In this document: positions 49,035-59,645 of the stretch, piece by piece
Layout of the letters: every line of letters begins with the position of its first letter
Numbering within the stretch: the first letter of the stretch is position 1
Assembly (NCBI GenBank): GCA_965262915.1
Contig: OZ253564.1
Span: forward strand, 3,936,001 to 4,000,000
DNA: 64,000 nt
DNA from: Candidatus Spongiisociaceae bacterium
GTDB taxonomy: Bacteria; Actinomycetota; Acidimicrobiia; Spongiisociales; Spongiisociaceae
Reading direction: 5' to 3'
Made by a program: the position numbers and the translations under genes
The notes under the pieces: generated by a model
Databases searched by the model: none
Seen by the model: only the letters and a program-made list of their open reading frames with translations
Told to the model about the DNA's origin: nothing

Positions 49035-49556
49035 ATGAGCAGTCAAATCGATCGGGGCCCGGTTAGCCCCCTTCCTGGGCTAGATGCGATCGACCAAGGG
49101 ATCATCGCGACGCTGCAAGAAGACGGAAGGAAGTCTTTTCGCAGCATAGCCGCCCAGATCGGTGTATCGGAGGGGACCGTCCGAACCCGATACGCCAAGC
49201 TCCACAATGACAATGTGCTCCGCGTGACCGGAATCACTAACCCGCTGAGCCTTGGTTTCGATGCAATGGCCATGATCGGTGTCAAAACCAGTGGCCCGCC
49301 CGGCACCGTTGCCGATACACTAGCCACTTGGAAGGAGAGCAGCTACGTCGTGATAGCTGCAGGCCAATTCGACCTCCTCGTCGAGTTGGTTTGTTTCGAT
49401 CGAGGCCATCTCTTGGAGGTTATCAACCGTATCCGGGAGCTTTCGGGTGTAGTCTCCACCGAGAGCTTCGTCTACCTAGACCTCTATAAGCAGCTCTACA
49501 ACTGGGGAGTGCCCGTGCCGGAGAGATCGAAGCCCGGCATTGGCAATGGCTCGTAA
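49035..49556 (+). CDS. Lrp/AsnC family transcriptional regulator
   Basis: LDAIDQGIIATLQEDGR HTH and AGQFDLLVE. Confidence 0.93.
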   Translation: MSSQIDRGPVSPLPGLDAIDQGIIATLQEDGRKSFRSIAAQIGVSEGTVRTRYAKLHNDNVLRVTGITNPLSLGFDAMAMIGVKTSGPPGTVADTLATWKESSYVVIAAGQFDLLVELVCFDRGHLLEVINRIRELSGVVSTESFVYLDLYKQLYNWGVPVPERSKPGIGNGS

Positions 49557-49621
49557 GTACGACATGAGCCCCAGTTCAATGGTCCACCTTCAGTGGGGGT
49601 ACGACCTATGAGGACACCAAC

Positions 49622-51082
49622 CTAGGCGAACCTCGCCATCACATGCTTCAACTCCGTGTAGTCGTCCAGTGCAAACTTTGACATATCCCGCCCGTAACCG
49701 GACTGCTTGAATCCCCCATGTGGCATCTCAGCAACGAGTGGCAGGTGATCGTTGATCCACACGGTACCGAAACGAAGCAGACGAGAAACGTGCAAGGCCC
49801 TTGAAACGTTCGTTGTCCATATCGATGATGCCAAACCGAATTCGACGTCGTTGGCTAGCCGTATTGCTTCCTCATCGCTCTTGAACCGCTGCAATGTAAC
49901 GACCGGGCCGAAAACCTCTTGTTGGACGATGGCATCTTGCTGTTCGACGGCCGTGACGACTGTCGGCTCGTAGAAAAAGCCCGGTCGATCCAGAGTAGAC
50001 CCACCTGTCACAACCTCCGCGCCTCCATCGCGTGCCTCGTCCACATAGCCGGCAACTCGAGAGAGCTGCTCCGCGGATGCGACTGGACCCATGTCGACAT
50101 CCGAACCTTCCTCGCTCAGCGGATCGCCAACACGAACTGCCTCAGCCACGTCGACAACGATCTCAAGCACCTTGTCGTATATAGTGTCAGGTACAAGCAG
50201 GCGCGTCGCTGCCGTACAATCTTGGCCGGCGTTATAGAACGAGCCGGCTGGAAGCACTTCCTTCAACCGAGCGAGATCGGCATCGTCGAAGATGAGGACC
50301 GGAGCCTTACCGCCTAGTTCAAGATGAACTCGTTTGAGATTCGATGCTGCCGCGGCAGCTACGATCTTGCCCGTCTCCACATCCCCTGTGAGCGAGATCA
50401 TATCGACCTTCGGGTGTCGCACCAAGGCTTCCCCGACCGGAACGCCGTGGCCGGTTACCACGTTGAAGACGCCCGGTGGGAACAGATCTTTGGCGATGTC
50501 GGCCATCAGAAGGGCGGACATCGGCGTCCCCTCCGACGGCTTGAGCACGATGGTATTGCCTGCAGCCAAGGCCGGACCAAGTTTCCATGCGGCGAGCTCA
50601 GCCGGATAGTTCCAAGGTACGATCCCGCCAACGACGCCTACCGGCTCCCGGCGTATGAAGCTCGTCACTCCCGCCATGTATTCACCTGCAGCGACACCTT
50701 CCAGGTTCCGAGCCATCCCAGCGAAGAACTTCAACGAATCGATAGCGAAGTCATGAATCTCCCACGCGGCTCCTTCTAGCGGTTTGCCGCAATTGAGTGC
50801 TTCGATCCGTATCAGTTCGTCGGCGCGCGCCTCGAGCCGCGACGCGAACTCCCAGAGTGCGGCGCTGCGTTCTCTGGGCGTGGAATCTCGCCACGGACCC
50901 TCAAAAGCACGCTGCGCTGCGGCTACAGCCCGATTGACGTCCTCGACGTCACCATGTGCTGCTCTAAAAACCTCGGCTTCGGTTACCGGGCTGATGATCG
51001 AATCCAGCTCAGGCGAGGCCGATCCCACCCATTCACCATCGATAAAGATTCGACCGGACTTGTCGTCCAGCATCGTTACCAC
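49622..51082 (-). CDS. Gamma-aminobutyraldehyde dehydrogenase-like ALDH
   Basis: AAGEY, PWNYP, LELGGKAP, NAGQDC and EMPHGGFKQSGYG (PatD/YdcW-like). Confidence 0.88.
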   Translation of the reverse strand: MVTMLDDKSGRIFIDGEWVGSASPELDSIISPVTEAEVFRAAHGDVEDVNRAVAAAQRAFEGPWRDSTPRERSAALWEFASRLEARADELIRIEALNCGKPLEGAAWEIHDFAIDSLKFFAGMARNLEGVAAGEYMAGVTSFIRREPVGVVGGIVPWNYPAELAAWKLGPALAAGNTIVLKPSEGTPMSALLMADIAKDLFPPGVFNVVTGHGVPVGEALVRHPKVDMISLTGDVETGKIVAAAAASNLKRVHLELGGKAPVLIFDDADLARLKEVLPAGSFYNAGQDCTAATRLLVPDTIYDKVLEIVVDVAEAVRVGDPLSEEGSDVDMGPVASAEQLSRVAGYVDEARDGGAEVVTGGSTLDRPGFFYEPTVVTAVEQQDAIVQQEVFGPVVTLQRFKSDEEAIRLANDVEFGLASSIWTTNVSRALHVSRLLRFGTVWINDHLPLVAEMPHGGFKQSGYGRDMSKFALDDYTELKHVMARFA

Positions 51083-51158
51083 TCCCCTCTCCTTGTTATC
51101 AGCCGCTAATCTACTCTAATACGCGGACTACTCACATTTTATAAGAAGTCGTGCTCGC

Positions 51159-52172
51159 TTACTCGTACGATATCCGCAACCGTGCCCGGACTCGATCGAC
51201 GATCAATGCGACGATGAGTAGGGAGCCCAAGACGATGCCCTGGGCATGCCCTGGGATCCGAGTGAGGTCCATTCCATTGCTCAGCATGACGATGAACAAC
51301 GAGCCGAAGACTGCGCCTGAGACCCTTCCCTCACCCCCATAGATAGAAACCCCTCCTAGTACTGCGGCAACAATCGACAGCAGCGGATACTGCAGACCTA
51401 TGTTCGACTCCCCTGACGCGATACGAGCTGTAAGTAGAACACCAACAAGTGCGGCAAGCATCGATCCAGTGACAAAGAGAAAGATCACGTCCCGTCGAAC
51501 TGGGATACCTGAAACACGCGCAGCAAGGGCATTTCCCCCGATGATGTAACCATGGCGACCCAAGACCGTACGGTTAAGAAGGAAGTATATCGCCATCACC
51601 ATTACGGCACCGATGAGAACCGGTACAGGAATACCAACGAGCCTTCCCGTACCGAAATACCGCGGGAACTCTGGTGGTAGGCCTATGACGGGCGCCGCCC
51701 CAGATAATAGCAAAGCTACGCTCAATGCAATAGATGCCATCCCGAGCGTCACAATGAAAGACGATATCTGAAAGTACATAACGACGATCCCGTTGACTAA
51801 CCCGACGATCAAGCCGACGGCAAGTCCCGCAAGAGTACCAACCACGATTTTCGTCATGGCCGACCCGCCGCCAACATCCGAAGACATGACCATAGCCACC
51901 ACAATACTTGTCAGAGAAACAACGGAGCCGTTTGACAGATCGTAATTCCTGGTGATCAAGTAAAGCGTTGCGCCGAGGGTAATTATAAGGAGATAAGTAT
52001 GCTGTCTGAGTATATTTGTGAGGTTGTTGATTGAAGCGAACCGCGGTTCGACGATAGTGAACCCGATGAACAGTGCTATTAGAAGCGGAGGAAGAATCCC
52101 CCACCTAACAAAGGCTTGCCTCGGGCTGAGGGCATTCCTCATATTTCTTATCCAACCTTCTTGTGTGCTCAT
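51159..52172 (-). CDS. Ribose-type ABC transporter permease
   Basis: DLSNGS, SFIVTLG, GGNALAARVSGI and AAVLGGVS motifs. Confidence 0.92.
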   Translation of the reverse strand: MSTQEGWIRNMRNALSPRQAFVRWGILPPLLIALFIGFTIVEPRFASINNLTNILRQHTYLLIITLGATLYLITRNYDLSNGSVVSLTSIVVAMVMSSDVGGGSAMTKIVVGTLAGLAVGLIVGLVNGIVVMYFQISSFIVTLGMASIALSVALLLSGAAPVIGLPPEFPRYFGTGRLVGIPVPVLIGAVMVMAIYFLLNRTVLGRHGYIIGGNALAARVSGIPVRRDVIFLFVTGSMLAALVGVLLTARIASGESNIGLQYPLLSIVAAVLGGVSIYGGEGRVSGAVFGSLFIVMLSNGMDLTRIPGHAQGIVLGSLLIVALIVDRVRARLRISYE

Positions 52173-53704
52173 TCTGAACCTATACGGAAAAAGGCGTCAA
52201 GTACGTTTTCCTCCGTGATCTCCTCGGCGACGAGTTCTCTGCGGATACGCCCTGCTGACATCACATATACGCGGTGAGAAAGGTTGACAACCTCGGGCAA
52301 GTCAGATGATATCAGAACGATAGCAGCTCCATCTTCACACAACTGCTGGATAAACCGATATATCTCGACTCGAGCTCCGACGTCGACACCTGCGGTCGGT
52401 TCATCGAAGATATGTAACTCCGCCTCGCGTGTAAGGGCTCGCGCAAAAAGAATCTTCTGCTGGTTTCCGCCCGAGAAGACCTCCACAGGGCGTTCTGGCT
52501 GATTCGGTTGTACGTTGAGCCGACCCATGATGCGATGTACATCGCTGACCTCCTTAGCACCTTTGAGGAACGGGCCGCGTGAGTAGGTTTGCGTAGCAAG
52601 GGCCGACATAGTGATGTTGGCCCTTGCGGGAAGAACACCGGCAAGGCCTTGTCGGCGGCGATCGGCCGGGTAGTAGAGGAGTCCGCGGGCGAGCCGTACC
52701 CGCGGGCCATCCTTCGGCCGAATCGGCTCACTGCCTAACACTATTTCACCACCAGTATGTCTCTGCAGACCGAGGCAAAGCGGTCCCAACCTCTCCTTGC
52801 CAGATCCGACAAGTCCTGCGATGCCTACTACCTCGCCACCTGAGGCATGGATTGATATATCCTCCAATAGCTCACCATGAACGCCGTCCAAACGTAACTT
52901 GACGGGGCCATCGGTCTTCTTGATCTTTGGGAACAGGGCATCCACCTGCCGTCCTGTCATGAGGCGTATGAGCTCATCATCTTCGGCCTTATCGACCCTG
53001 AGTGTCTCTACACGCCTACCATCGCGTAACACCGTGATCCGGTCCCCGATCAGCGAAATCTCCTGCATCCTATGGGTGATGTAGATAATCCCGATGCCCT
53101 CGCTCCGTAGTCGATCAACCAGCTCGAAGAGGCGATTGGTTTCCTTTTCTGTGAGGGTGGTCGTCGGTTCGTCCAAGATCAGAATTTTTGGCTTCGTGTG
53201 CAGCGCTTTGGCGATCTCGACCAGCTGCTGGTCAGCCCTTGACAAGTTGCCTACGATAACGCCAAGAGGAAGGTCTATGCCGAGCGTGGCAATGGCATTG
53301 GCAACGCGTTGTCGGGCAGTTCCTCGATCCAGAACTCCCAGACGGCGCGGCTCGTCACCCATGAGAAGATTCGCTTCCACGGTCATGTTCGGTGCCAAGC
53401 TTTGCTCCTGAAATACAGTGAAGATCCCGAGGCGATGAACTGTAGCTGGTGTGAGCGGCGGCAGCTTCTCACCCTGAATGTAGATCTCTCCCTCCTCAGG
53501 GTGGTACGTGCCCGCGATCACATTGATCAGGGTGGATTTACCAGCGCCGTTTTCTCCAAAGACTACGTGAACCTCGCCCTCACGGAGATTGAAGTCCACC
53601 GTCTTCAGAGCCGTGACCCCAGGGAACCGCTTCGTGACTCCGCGGACCTCTAGCAGAGACGAGGGAGCAGTGGTCAATCTGGGCTCGCTAACTGCCGGTG
53701 CCAT
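52169..53704 (-). CDS. Sugar-type ABC transporter ATP-binding protein
   Basis: [17 protein letters not shown] and DEPT motifs. Confidence 0.93.
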   Translation of the reverse strand: MAPAVSEPRLTTAPSSLLEVRGVTKRFPGVTALKTVDFNLREGEVHVVFGENGAGKSTLINVIAGTYHPEEGEIYIQGEKLPPLTPATVHRLGIFTVFQEQSLAPNMTVEANLLMGDEPRRLGVLDRGTARQRVANAIATLGIDLPLGVIVGNLSRADQQLVEIAKALHTKPKILILDEPTTTLTEKETNRLFELVDRLRSEGIGIIYITHRMQEISLIGDRITVLRDGRRVETLRVDKAEDDELIRLMTGRQVDALFPKIKKTDGPVKLRLDGVHGELLEDISIHASGGEVVGIAGLVGSGKERLGPLCLGLQRHTGGEIVLGSEPIRPKDGPRVRLARGLLYYPADRRRQGLAGVLPARANITMSALATQTYSRGPFLKGAKEVSDVHRIMGRLNVQPNQPERPVEVFSGGNQQKILFARALTREAELHIFDEPTAGVDVGARVEIYRFIQQLCEDGAAIVLISSDLPEVVNLSHRVYVMSAGRIRRELVAEEITEENVLDAFFRIGSE

Positions 53705-53816
53705 ATCGGAACGAGTTCGTGTGAACCGCGGTAACGTCGAGGTGCCAACGGCAGAAAGGGCATCATTGCGTATGACGCCCTTTCTGCCATCCAGTAGAGC
53801 GAGCCACTCCTAGCGG

Positions 53817-55127
53817 CTACGGCTGATAGCTGAAGACCGGCCGGAAACCGTCCGGTGGTAGGGTCGTGGCCTCCACGAACGTGTCGAGGTTGTTGGCAGC
53901 CTCCCCTGCACCCGGCCCGCAGACAACCAACGGATCGGGTCCAATGTGCTTATAGCCACCAATGAAGGGAACCCCTTCCAGCTTGCGTATGGCAAGGTCC
54001 ACAGCGATCCTCGCCATGATGATGTCGTGTCCAGTGCTGGCGCAGGATGCATCTCCGCTCTTGATCAGTTCATACACCCCCGGCGTGAAGTAGTAGGAAG
54101 CCGATCGGATCTCCTCGCTCAACCCTCGTTCCTCCAATGGTCCGATCGCTGCCTCGACGGTCACGGCACTGCCCACGATGTAGTCCATATCGGGATACGC
54201 GCCAAACGAGTTCTCGACCAATCGGAGTTGGTCATCTTTGTTCGTGTCTCCGTAGAGCACACCCAAGAGCTTGACGTTGCTGCCCTCCGCCTGCTCCCTG
54301 AAGCACGACATCAGTTGCTCGAGTGCTCCGACACCGACGGGGCCGGGGAACCACACTGCGTTGACCGACTCACCCGTGCTCGCCAGGTACCCTCCCAGGT
54401 TGCCTCCCATCAGGCAGTAGTTGAACAGCGCGCGGCCGGCGACACGATCAGTGTTCACCCCGTTGATGAGATCGATAACAACAACGCCGGCGTCCACCAC
54501 CTCTTCGATCTTCGCGTTCAGAGCTTCGTTGCTCACGGCGCCGAGTAGAATCGCATCCGCTCCGCTGGCCACACAGTTATCAATCTGGTCCACCTGGGTG
54601 CCGATCTCGGTGTATCCACCCGCTTCCAACACGGTCAACGAAACACCTGCTCGCTTAGCTTCAGCAATCAGCGCGTAGTCCGTCCCAACCCAATAAGGGT
54701 CTGCAACGTGGGGCAGTGCAGCACAGAGATTCCACACCTGGGTGATCTGATCCTTCGGAATCGGCGTATAGACACCCGAGACCGCTTCTCCCTGGCAACC
54801 CGGGGCATCGCAGTCGATGAAACGGACAGGGAAGGCCCAATCGTCACGAGCGATGGCTTCCTCTATGGCCTCTCGCGTATTGCCCGTTGGATCAGCAACA
54901 ATGCCACCGGCCTCGGTCTGGACCGGTTCAGGTTCAGGTTCGGGTTCGGGTGCGGCGGTCGTAGCAACCGCGGCGGTCTCCGAAGTGGCTGCAGTGTCCG
55001 ATGTATCTCCACCATCAGCGCAGGCCGAAGCGATTAGCGCGAGAACGGCAACCCCAAGGGCAAGACGTAGTCTCCCAGTGAAGAAGCCAGATCTGGCCCG
55101 AGTAAAGAGTCTTACCCGTCTATCCAT
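53817..55127 (-). CDS. TorT-like solute-binding lipoprotein
   Basis: WNLCAALPHVADPYW...LEAGGY...ADAILLGAVS resembles TorT; lipobox SAC; PE-repeat linker. Confidence 0.8.
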   Translation of the reverse strand: MDRRVRLFTRARSGFFTGRLRLALGVAVLALIASACADGGDTSDTAATSETAAVATTAAPEPEPEPEPVQTEAGGIVADPTGNTREAIEEAIARDDWAFPVRFIDCDAPGCQGEAVSGVYTPIPKDQITQVWNLCAALPHVADPYWVGTDYALIAEAKRAGVSLTVLEAGGYTEIGTQVDQIDNCVASGADAILLGAVSNEALNAKIEEVVDAGVVVIDLINGVNTDRVAGRALFNYCLMGGNLGGYLASTGESVNAVWFPGPVGVGALEQLMSCFREQAEGSNVKLLGVLYGDTNKDDQLRLVENSFGAYPDMDYIVGSAVTVEAAIGPLEERGLSEEIRSASYYFTPGVYELIKSGDASCASTGHDIIMARIAVDLAIRKLEGVPFIGGYKHIGPDPLVVCGPGAGEAANNLDTFVEATTLPPDGFRPVFSYQP

Positions 55128-55181
55128 GATTCCATCTCTCCTTTGTTGTTCTTTCGCGCATACCGCGAGTGATGTTCACGT

Positions 55182-56444
55182 CTACCACCAACGCATCCGA
55201 GGAGTACTCCAGATTTCGAAGCCATCTGAAGTGACGAGACCATTGTCTTCGTGGAAGACACCGCCGACTCCCTCAGCGCCAAGAAATCCCTCAAGTGCCA
55301 GGTACATACCTGGCACCAGCACAACATCCTCGTTCGGCCGCAGCCACGGGCTTTCCCATGACAGCCCGACGCTGTGTCCGAGTGCCGGATACTCGTCCGC
55401 ACTGAGCGCAAGCGGAGTGTCAGCCGCTGCTTCGGAAAGCCACTGCATCCCCTGTCGGTGGACCTCTCCGGCTGTCATGCCAGGTTTGGTTATCGCCGCG
55501 AGATGTTCGACAAGACCGACGCTTGCCTCCAAGACCTTCAGTTGTTCGTCTGTGGGATCGCCACCCACAACCGTCGTCCGGCCGAAGTCCCACAGGTATC
55601 CCCCATACGCTCCATAGCAGTCGGCATGAAACCAGTCGCCCCGTTCCAGTGGTCGAAACGCATCGTAAGTCGGGAGCCGCGACCACAGGAAGTGATGTGC
55701 GAGTCGGCCGGATGTAGTAGGCATGTCATACATAACGGCACCGGAACCAACGATCACGTTTGCGGCGGCGCGCACTGCGTCAACTTCTCGATTTCCCTCC
55801 TGTACTGCGGCCATCATCGCGTCTACTGCCCGACTACCGATGAGCGCTCCACGACGAAGCACCTCCTGCTCGGCCGGACTCTTGATCCGTCGCAGTTCTT
55901 CGATAAGCATGTCTACAACTATCAGAGTGGTCTTCTGACCGATGTGTTGTTGCAGCCCTATGTAGGCTGCCGCGGACATGAAGCTTGTCCCGACTAGACC
56001 GATCGTGGTGTTATCCGAGAGGCCACTATCACGCAACGCTCTTCCGACTTCCGCATTGATGTCTATCGTCGATCGTACGTCATCAGCAACGACAAGATCT
56101 GGTCTCCACCACGGTCCGTCGACGATAAGTACGGTCGGCCCATTGACGGGAAGAACCAATACGGCATGGGAACGGGCTGATCCGAGTTCCTCGTGATCGG
56201 CGAAGTAGGGATGGGGCGAGTAGTGATTGGTGAGGTAGAAGACCTCAGGATGCATGTCTACGGCACTGCCGCCCCTTGAGTACACGACCAAGCCGTCGAG
56301 CGAGGCCTCTGCTGCCTTGTGACGAACGGCGTCCTGGCGTTGGAGAAACTCCTCCCTTGGGATGAGAGTCTCCGGTTTCGCCGATACGAGCGAATCTGTG
56401 TCGGCGAAACCGAGACCAATGTCGCTGACAGTCATAACCCTCAC
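55182..56444 (-). CDS. M24 family (Xaa-Pro/creatinase-fold) peptidase
   Basis: Creatinase-like N-domain; metal ligands D..D (ADCYG...WDFGRT), GHSVG, ALE and HED. Confidence 0.88.
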   Translation of the reverse strand: MRVMTVSDIGLGFADTDSLVSAKPETLIPREEFLQRQDAVRHKAAEASLDGLVVYSRGGSAVDMHPEVFYLTNHYSPHPYFADHEELGSARSHAVLVLPVNGPTVLIVDGPWWRPDLVVADDVRSTIDINAEVGRALRDSGLSDNTTIGLVGTSFMSAAAYIGLQQHIGQKTTLIVVDMLIEELRRIKSPAEQEVLRRGALIGSRAVDAMMAAVQEGNREVDAVRAAANVIVGSGAVMYDMPTTSGRLAHHFLWSRLPTYDAFRPLERGDWFHADCYGAYGGYLWDFGRTTVVGGDPTDEQLKVLEASVGLVEHLAAITKPGMTAGEVHRQGMQWLSEAAADTPLALSADEYPALGHSVGLSWESPWLRPNEDVVLVPGMYLALEGFLGAEGVGGVFHEDNGLVTSDGFEIWSTPRMRWW

Positions 56445-56628
56445 CAGGCAACTCTTGCGCTAGCCCGTTGCTACGCAATCTGCTCTTCGAGCCGTGCTAA
56501 GTTATGCTAACACGTAACAGAAACCCTGCCAAGTGTGTATTTCGTCACCGGGAGAGGACTCTCGGGCGGCGCTCGATTGGGCGATCTCGACGCACGCAGT
56601 GGTCCGCCACGACAAACCAGGAGGTGAA

Positions 56629-57987
56629 GTGAGAGTAGATTTCCAGCGGGTCGCCGAGCTTACCGACAAGATGGAGAAGGCACTGCGGGCCAAGGTGGAA
56701 CGGTCCGCCGGGTTCTTCGAGCGGGCGTTAAAGGTTCTCCCGGCCGGAGTCCCTTCTTCGTTCCAGGATCAACCTCCACACCCCATCTACATCACAGGCG
56801 GCGAGGGAACCCAGGTTTGGGACCTCGACGGTAACTCGTACACCGACTTCCACAACGGCTTCGGAGTGATGGTGATGGGCCATGCCCATCCCATCATCGT
56901 GGATGCCATACGGAAGGCGGCTGGGAAGGGCACGCACTTCGCCATGCCAACCGAGTCAGCGGTCCGGGTGGCCGAGGAATTGTCCCGGCGGTTCCGGCTG
57001 CCGAAGGTTCGCTTCACGAACTCCGGAACGGAGGCCACGCTCGAGGCCATCCACCTGGCCCGTGCCTTCACCGGTCGAGACACCATCGTCAAGTCGGAGG
57101 GGAGTTACCACGGCCATCACGATTCGGTCATGGTGTCGGTGCACCCCGACCCTGCCCAGATCGGGCCACGGGAGGCGCCCGTTTCCGTTCCCTTCACAGC
57201 GGGTATCCCTCAGGCCTTGGTCGACCTTACTTTGTTGGTCCCCTTCAACGATCCCGACGCTCTGGCGGAGCTGCTTTCCTCCCGCGACGACGTAGCCGGA
57301 GTAATCGTCGAGCCGATCATGCTCAACATCGGAGTGATCACGCCGAATGAGGGCTATCTGGAGGCGCTGCGGGAAATCACCGAGCGCCACGGAGTGGTGT
57401 TGATCTTCGACGAGGTCAAGACGGGGGCCACGATCGCTGCGGGCGGTGTCGGAGAACGCTACGGGGTACTGCCTGATTTGGTCTGTCTGGCCAAAGCAAT
57501 CGGAGGTGGCACCCCAATCGGAGCCATCCTCGGGACCGAGGAGATCATGGGACAGATCAGCGACGGCACCGTCAAGCAGCTAGGCACCTTCAATGGAAAC
57601 CCTCTCACAATGGCGGCCGCCGAAGCGACCCTCACGCGGGTATTGGACGACAAGGCCTACCGCCGGCTTGAGGAGGCTGGGAAGCAGATGGTGGAGGGGT
57701 GCCAAGCTATCTGTGACAAATACGATCTGCCCGCCTACGCGGTGGGCGTCTCCGCCAAGGGCTGCGTGATGTTCGCTGAGAAGGCCGTCACCGACTACCG
57801 CTCCTACGCAGACAACTTTCTCGAACCGCTCAACTACCTTGCCTGGCTGTACCACATGAACAACGGGCTGTTGATGACCCCAGGAGCGGACGAGCAGTGG
57901 ACGCTCTCCATCGCTCACACCGATGAGGAGTTAGACCGCTACGTAAGCGTCTTCGAAGAGTTCGCTCGGGACGTCACTCTCGGATAA
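56629..57987 (+). CDS. Class III aminotransferase, glutamate-1-semialdehyde aminomutase-like
   Basis: NSGTEAT, YHGHHD, FDEVKTG, AKAIGGG and GTFNGNP motifs; GTG with GGAGG RBS. Confidence 0.88.
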   Translation: MRVDFQRVAELTDKMEKALRAKVERSAGFFERALKVLPAGVPSSFQDQPPHPIYITGGEGTQVWDLDGNSYTDFHNGFGVMVMGHAHPIIVDAIRKAAGKGTHFAMPTESAVRVAEELSRRFRLPKVRFTNSGTEATLEAIHLARAFTGRDTIVKSEGSYHGHHDSVMVSVHPDPAQIGPREAPVSVPFTAGIPQALVDLTLLVPFNDPDALAELLSSRDDVAGVIVEPIMLNIGVITPNEGYLEALREITERHGVVLIFDEVKTGATIAAGGVGERYGVLPDLVCLAKAIGGGTPIGAILGTEEIMGQISDGTVKQLGTFNGNPLTMAAAEATLTRVLDDKAYRRLEEAGKQMVEGCQAICDKYDLPAYAVGVSAKGCVMFAEKAVTDYRSYADNFLEPLNYLAWLYHMNNGLLMTPGADEQWTLSIAHTDEELDRYVSVFEEFARDVTLG

Positions 57988-58111
57988 GAGGCTCTTCGGA
58001 AATGAGTGGGGAGTCGGGGATCTGCCAGGGGGAGTGGTAATCCACCAGAAGTGAGGGGGGGTCCTCCATAATCGGGTGCTGGAAAACGACATCCGAGGCA
58101 GGAGGACCCCT

Positions 58112-59411
58112 GTGGAAGCTGATCCCTGCGCGCATGTGCGAGTTGTTGGTAGGCCTGGGCGACGTTGATCTGGTGGGGATCAACGACTCGGGCGAGGGTG
58201 CACCTCTTGAGGTGGTGATCGGGTCCCGCAAGGCCCGCCCGTTGTGTGTGGCGTGTGGCGGCCCGGTGTGGTCCAAGGGTGAGCGGACGGTTGTGTTGGT
58301 GGATTTACCGGCGTTCGGTCGGCCTGTGCGGCTGCGGTGGCGGAAACGCCGTTGGACGTGCCCGAACCCCGACTGTGAGATCAGATCGTTCATCGAACAA
58401 GACCCCACGATTGGTCCCCAACGGGCGTTGTTGACATCCCGAGCGGCGCGGTGGGTGACCATCCAGGTCGGTCGGCGGGGCCGTCCGATCCAAGAGGTCG
58501 CCGCAGAGTTGGGTTGTGATTGGCATACGGTGAACAAAGAGGTTGGCCGCTGGGGCGAAGCGCTGCTGGAAGCCGACACCGATCGGGTCGGGACCGTCGA
58601 AGCTGTGGGAGTGGACGAGACGTTGTTCTGGCGTCGGGGCCGTTGGCGTACCAAAGTCTGGTGCACCTCTGTCGTCGACGTTGGCGGCCACCAGCTGATC
58701 GACATAGTCCCTGGTAGAACAGCAGAAAGCGCCGCAGCCTGGTTCCGGGCGCAGCCCACCGAATGGTGTGAGGCTATCCGCTGGGCGGTGTTGGACATGT
58801 CCGGTTCGTATCGGAAGGCGTATGACAGGGTGTTACCGCACGCTCTGCAGGTAGCGGACCCGTTCCACGTCATACGCCTCGCCAACCAGCGTCTCGACGA
58901 GGTACGACGCCGCACCCAGAACGAAACCCTCGGGCATCGAGGCCGCAAGGATGACCCGCTGTATCGGATACGGCGGCTCCTAACCGCTGCGCATGAGAGG
59001 ATCAGCGACCGGGGTCAAACACGGCTGCGTGGCCTCCTCGACGCTGGTGACCCCCACGGCGAAGTGCGCACAGCCTGGCACGCGAAAGAGACGGTACGAG
59101 GCATCTACGGGATCGAAAGTCCGGTCCTTGCTCTCCGATACACCCTCGGGCTCGCAGACGACCTCCAAGACGAATCCTGCCCACCCGAGATCAACAAGCT
59201 CGGACGTACCATCGCCCGCTGGACCCCCAGATCACCAACTGGCACATCTCGAAGGTAACCAACAGATGCCACCGAAGCCCTCAACAACCTAATCAAACGC
59301 ATCAAACGAGCAGCGTTCGGGTTACCCAACTTCGCGAACTACCGAATCCGCGCCCTTCTCTACGCCGGGAAACCCAACTGGGACCTACTCGCCACCGTCA
59401 CTCCCCACTGA
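58112..59411 (+). pseudogene. ISL3 transposase (frameshifted)
   Basis: Zinc ribbon, GVDE, LDM, DPFHV and TEALNNLIKRIKRAAFG motifs; single-base shifts near 58125, 59227 and 59267. Confidence 0.88.
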
Positions 59412-59430
59412 AATCCACTCATACTTAGAA

Positions 59431-59610
59431 GGTTCCTGGGCTAGGGCGGGTCTGACCCAACTGAAATCTGGCCTTGTGCCTTTTCATCGATCTGTCGGCC
59501 CGTTCCCGGCCTAGGGCGTAACCCCCTGACCCGGGGCGGATGTGACCTAATAGGAGCCTTCAACTTCTCCACCGTGAGTGGCCTGTCCAACCGCACACGG
59601 GTCCGGGATC
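59431..59610 (+). ncRNA. Predicted IS110 bridge RNA (target-binding and donor-binding loops)
   Basis: Stem 59444-59456/59494-59505 encloses ACTGAAATC and TCATCGAT, which match the target. Stem 59528-59533/59598-59603 encloses ATAGGAGC and TGAGTGG, which match the donor. Ends are approximate. Confidence 0.8.
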
Positions 59611-59645
59611 ATAAGTGAGTCTATCCCCTAGAGGAGAAGAGCATC

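Noticed and set aside
56629-57987. hemL (tetrapyrrole synthesis)
   Set aside because: The fold matches, but the context is amine catabolism with no hem genes, so no symbol was assigned.
58112-59411. Programmed frameshifting in the ISL3 transposase
   Set aside because: There are three separate slips with no slippery-site or stimulator pattern, and ISL3 normally has a single ORF.
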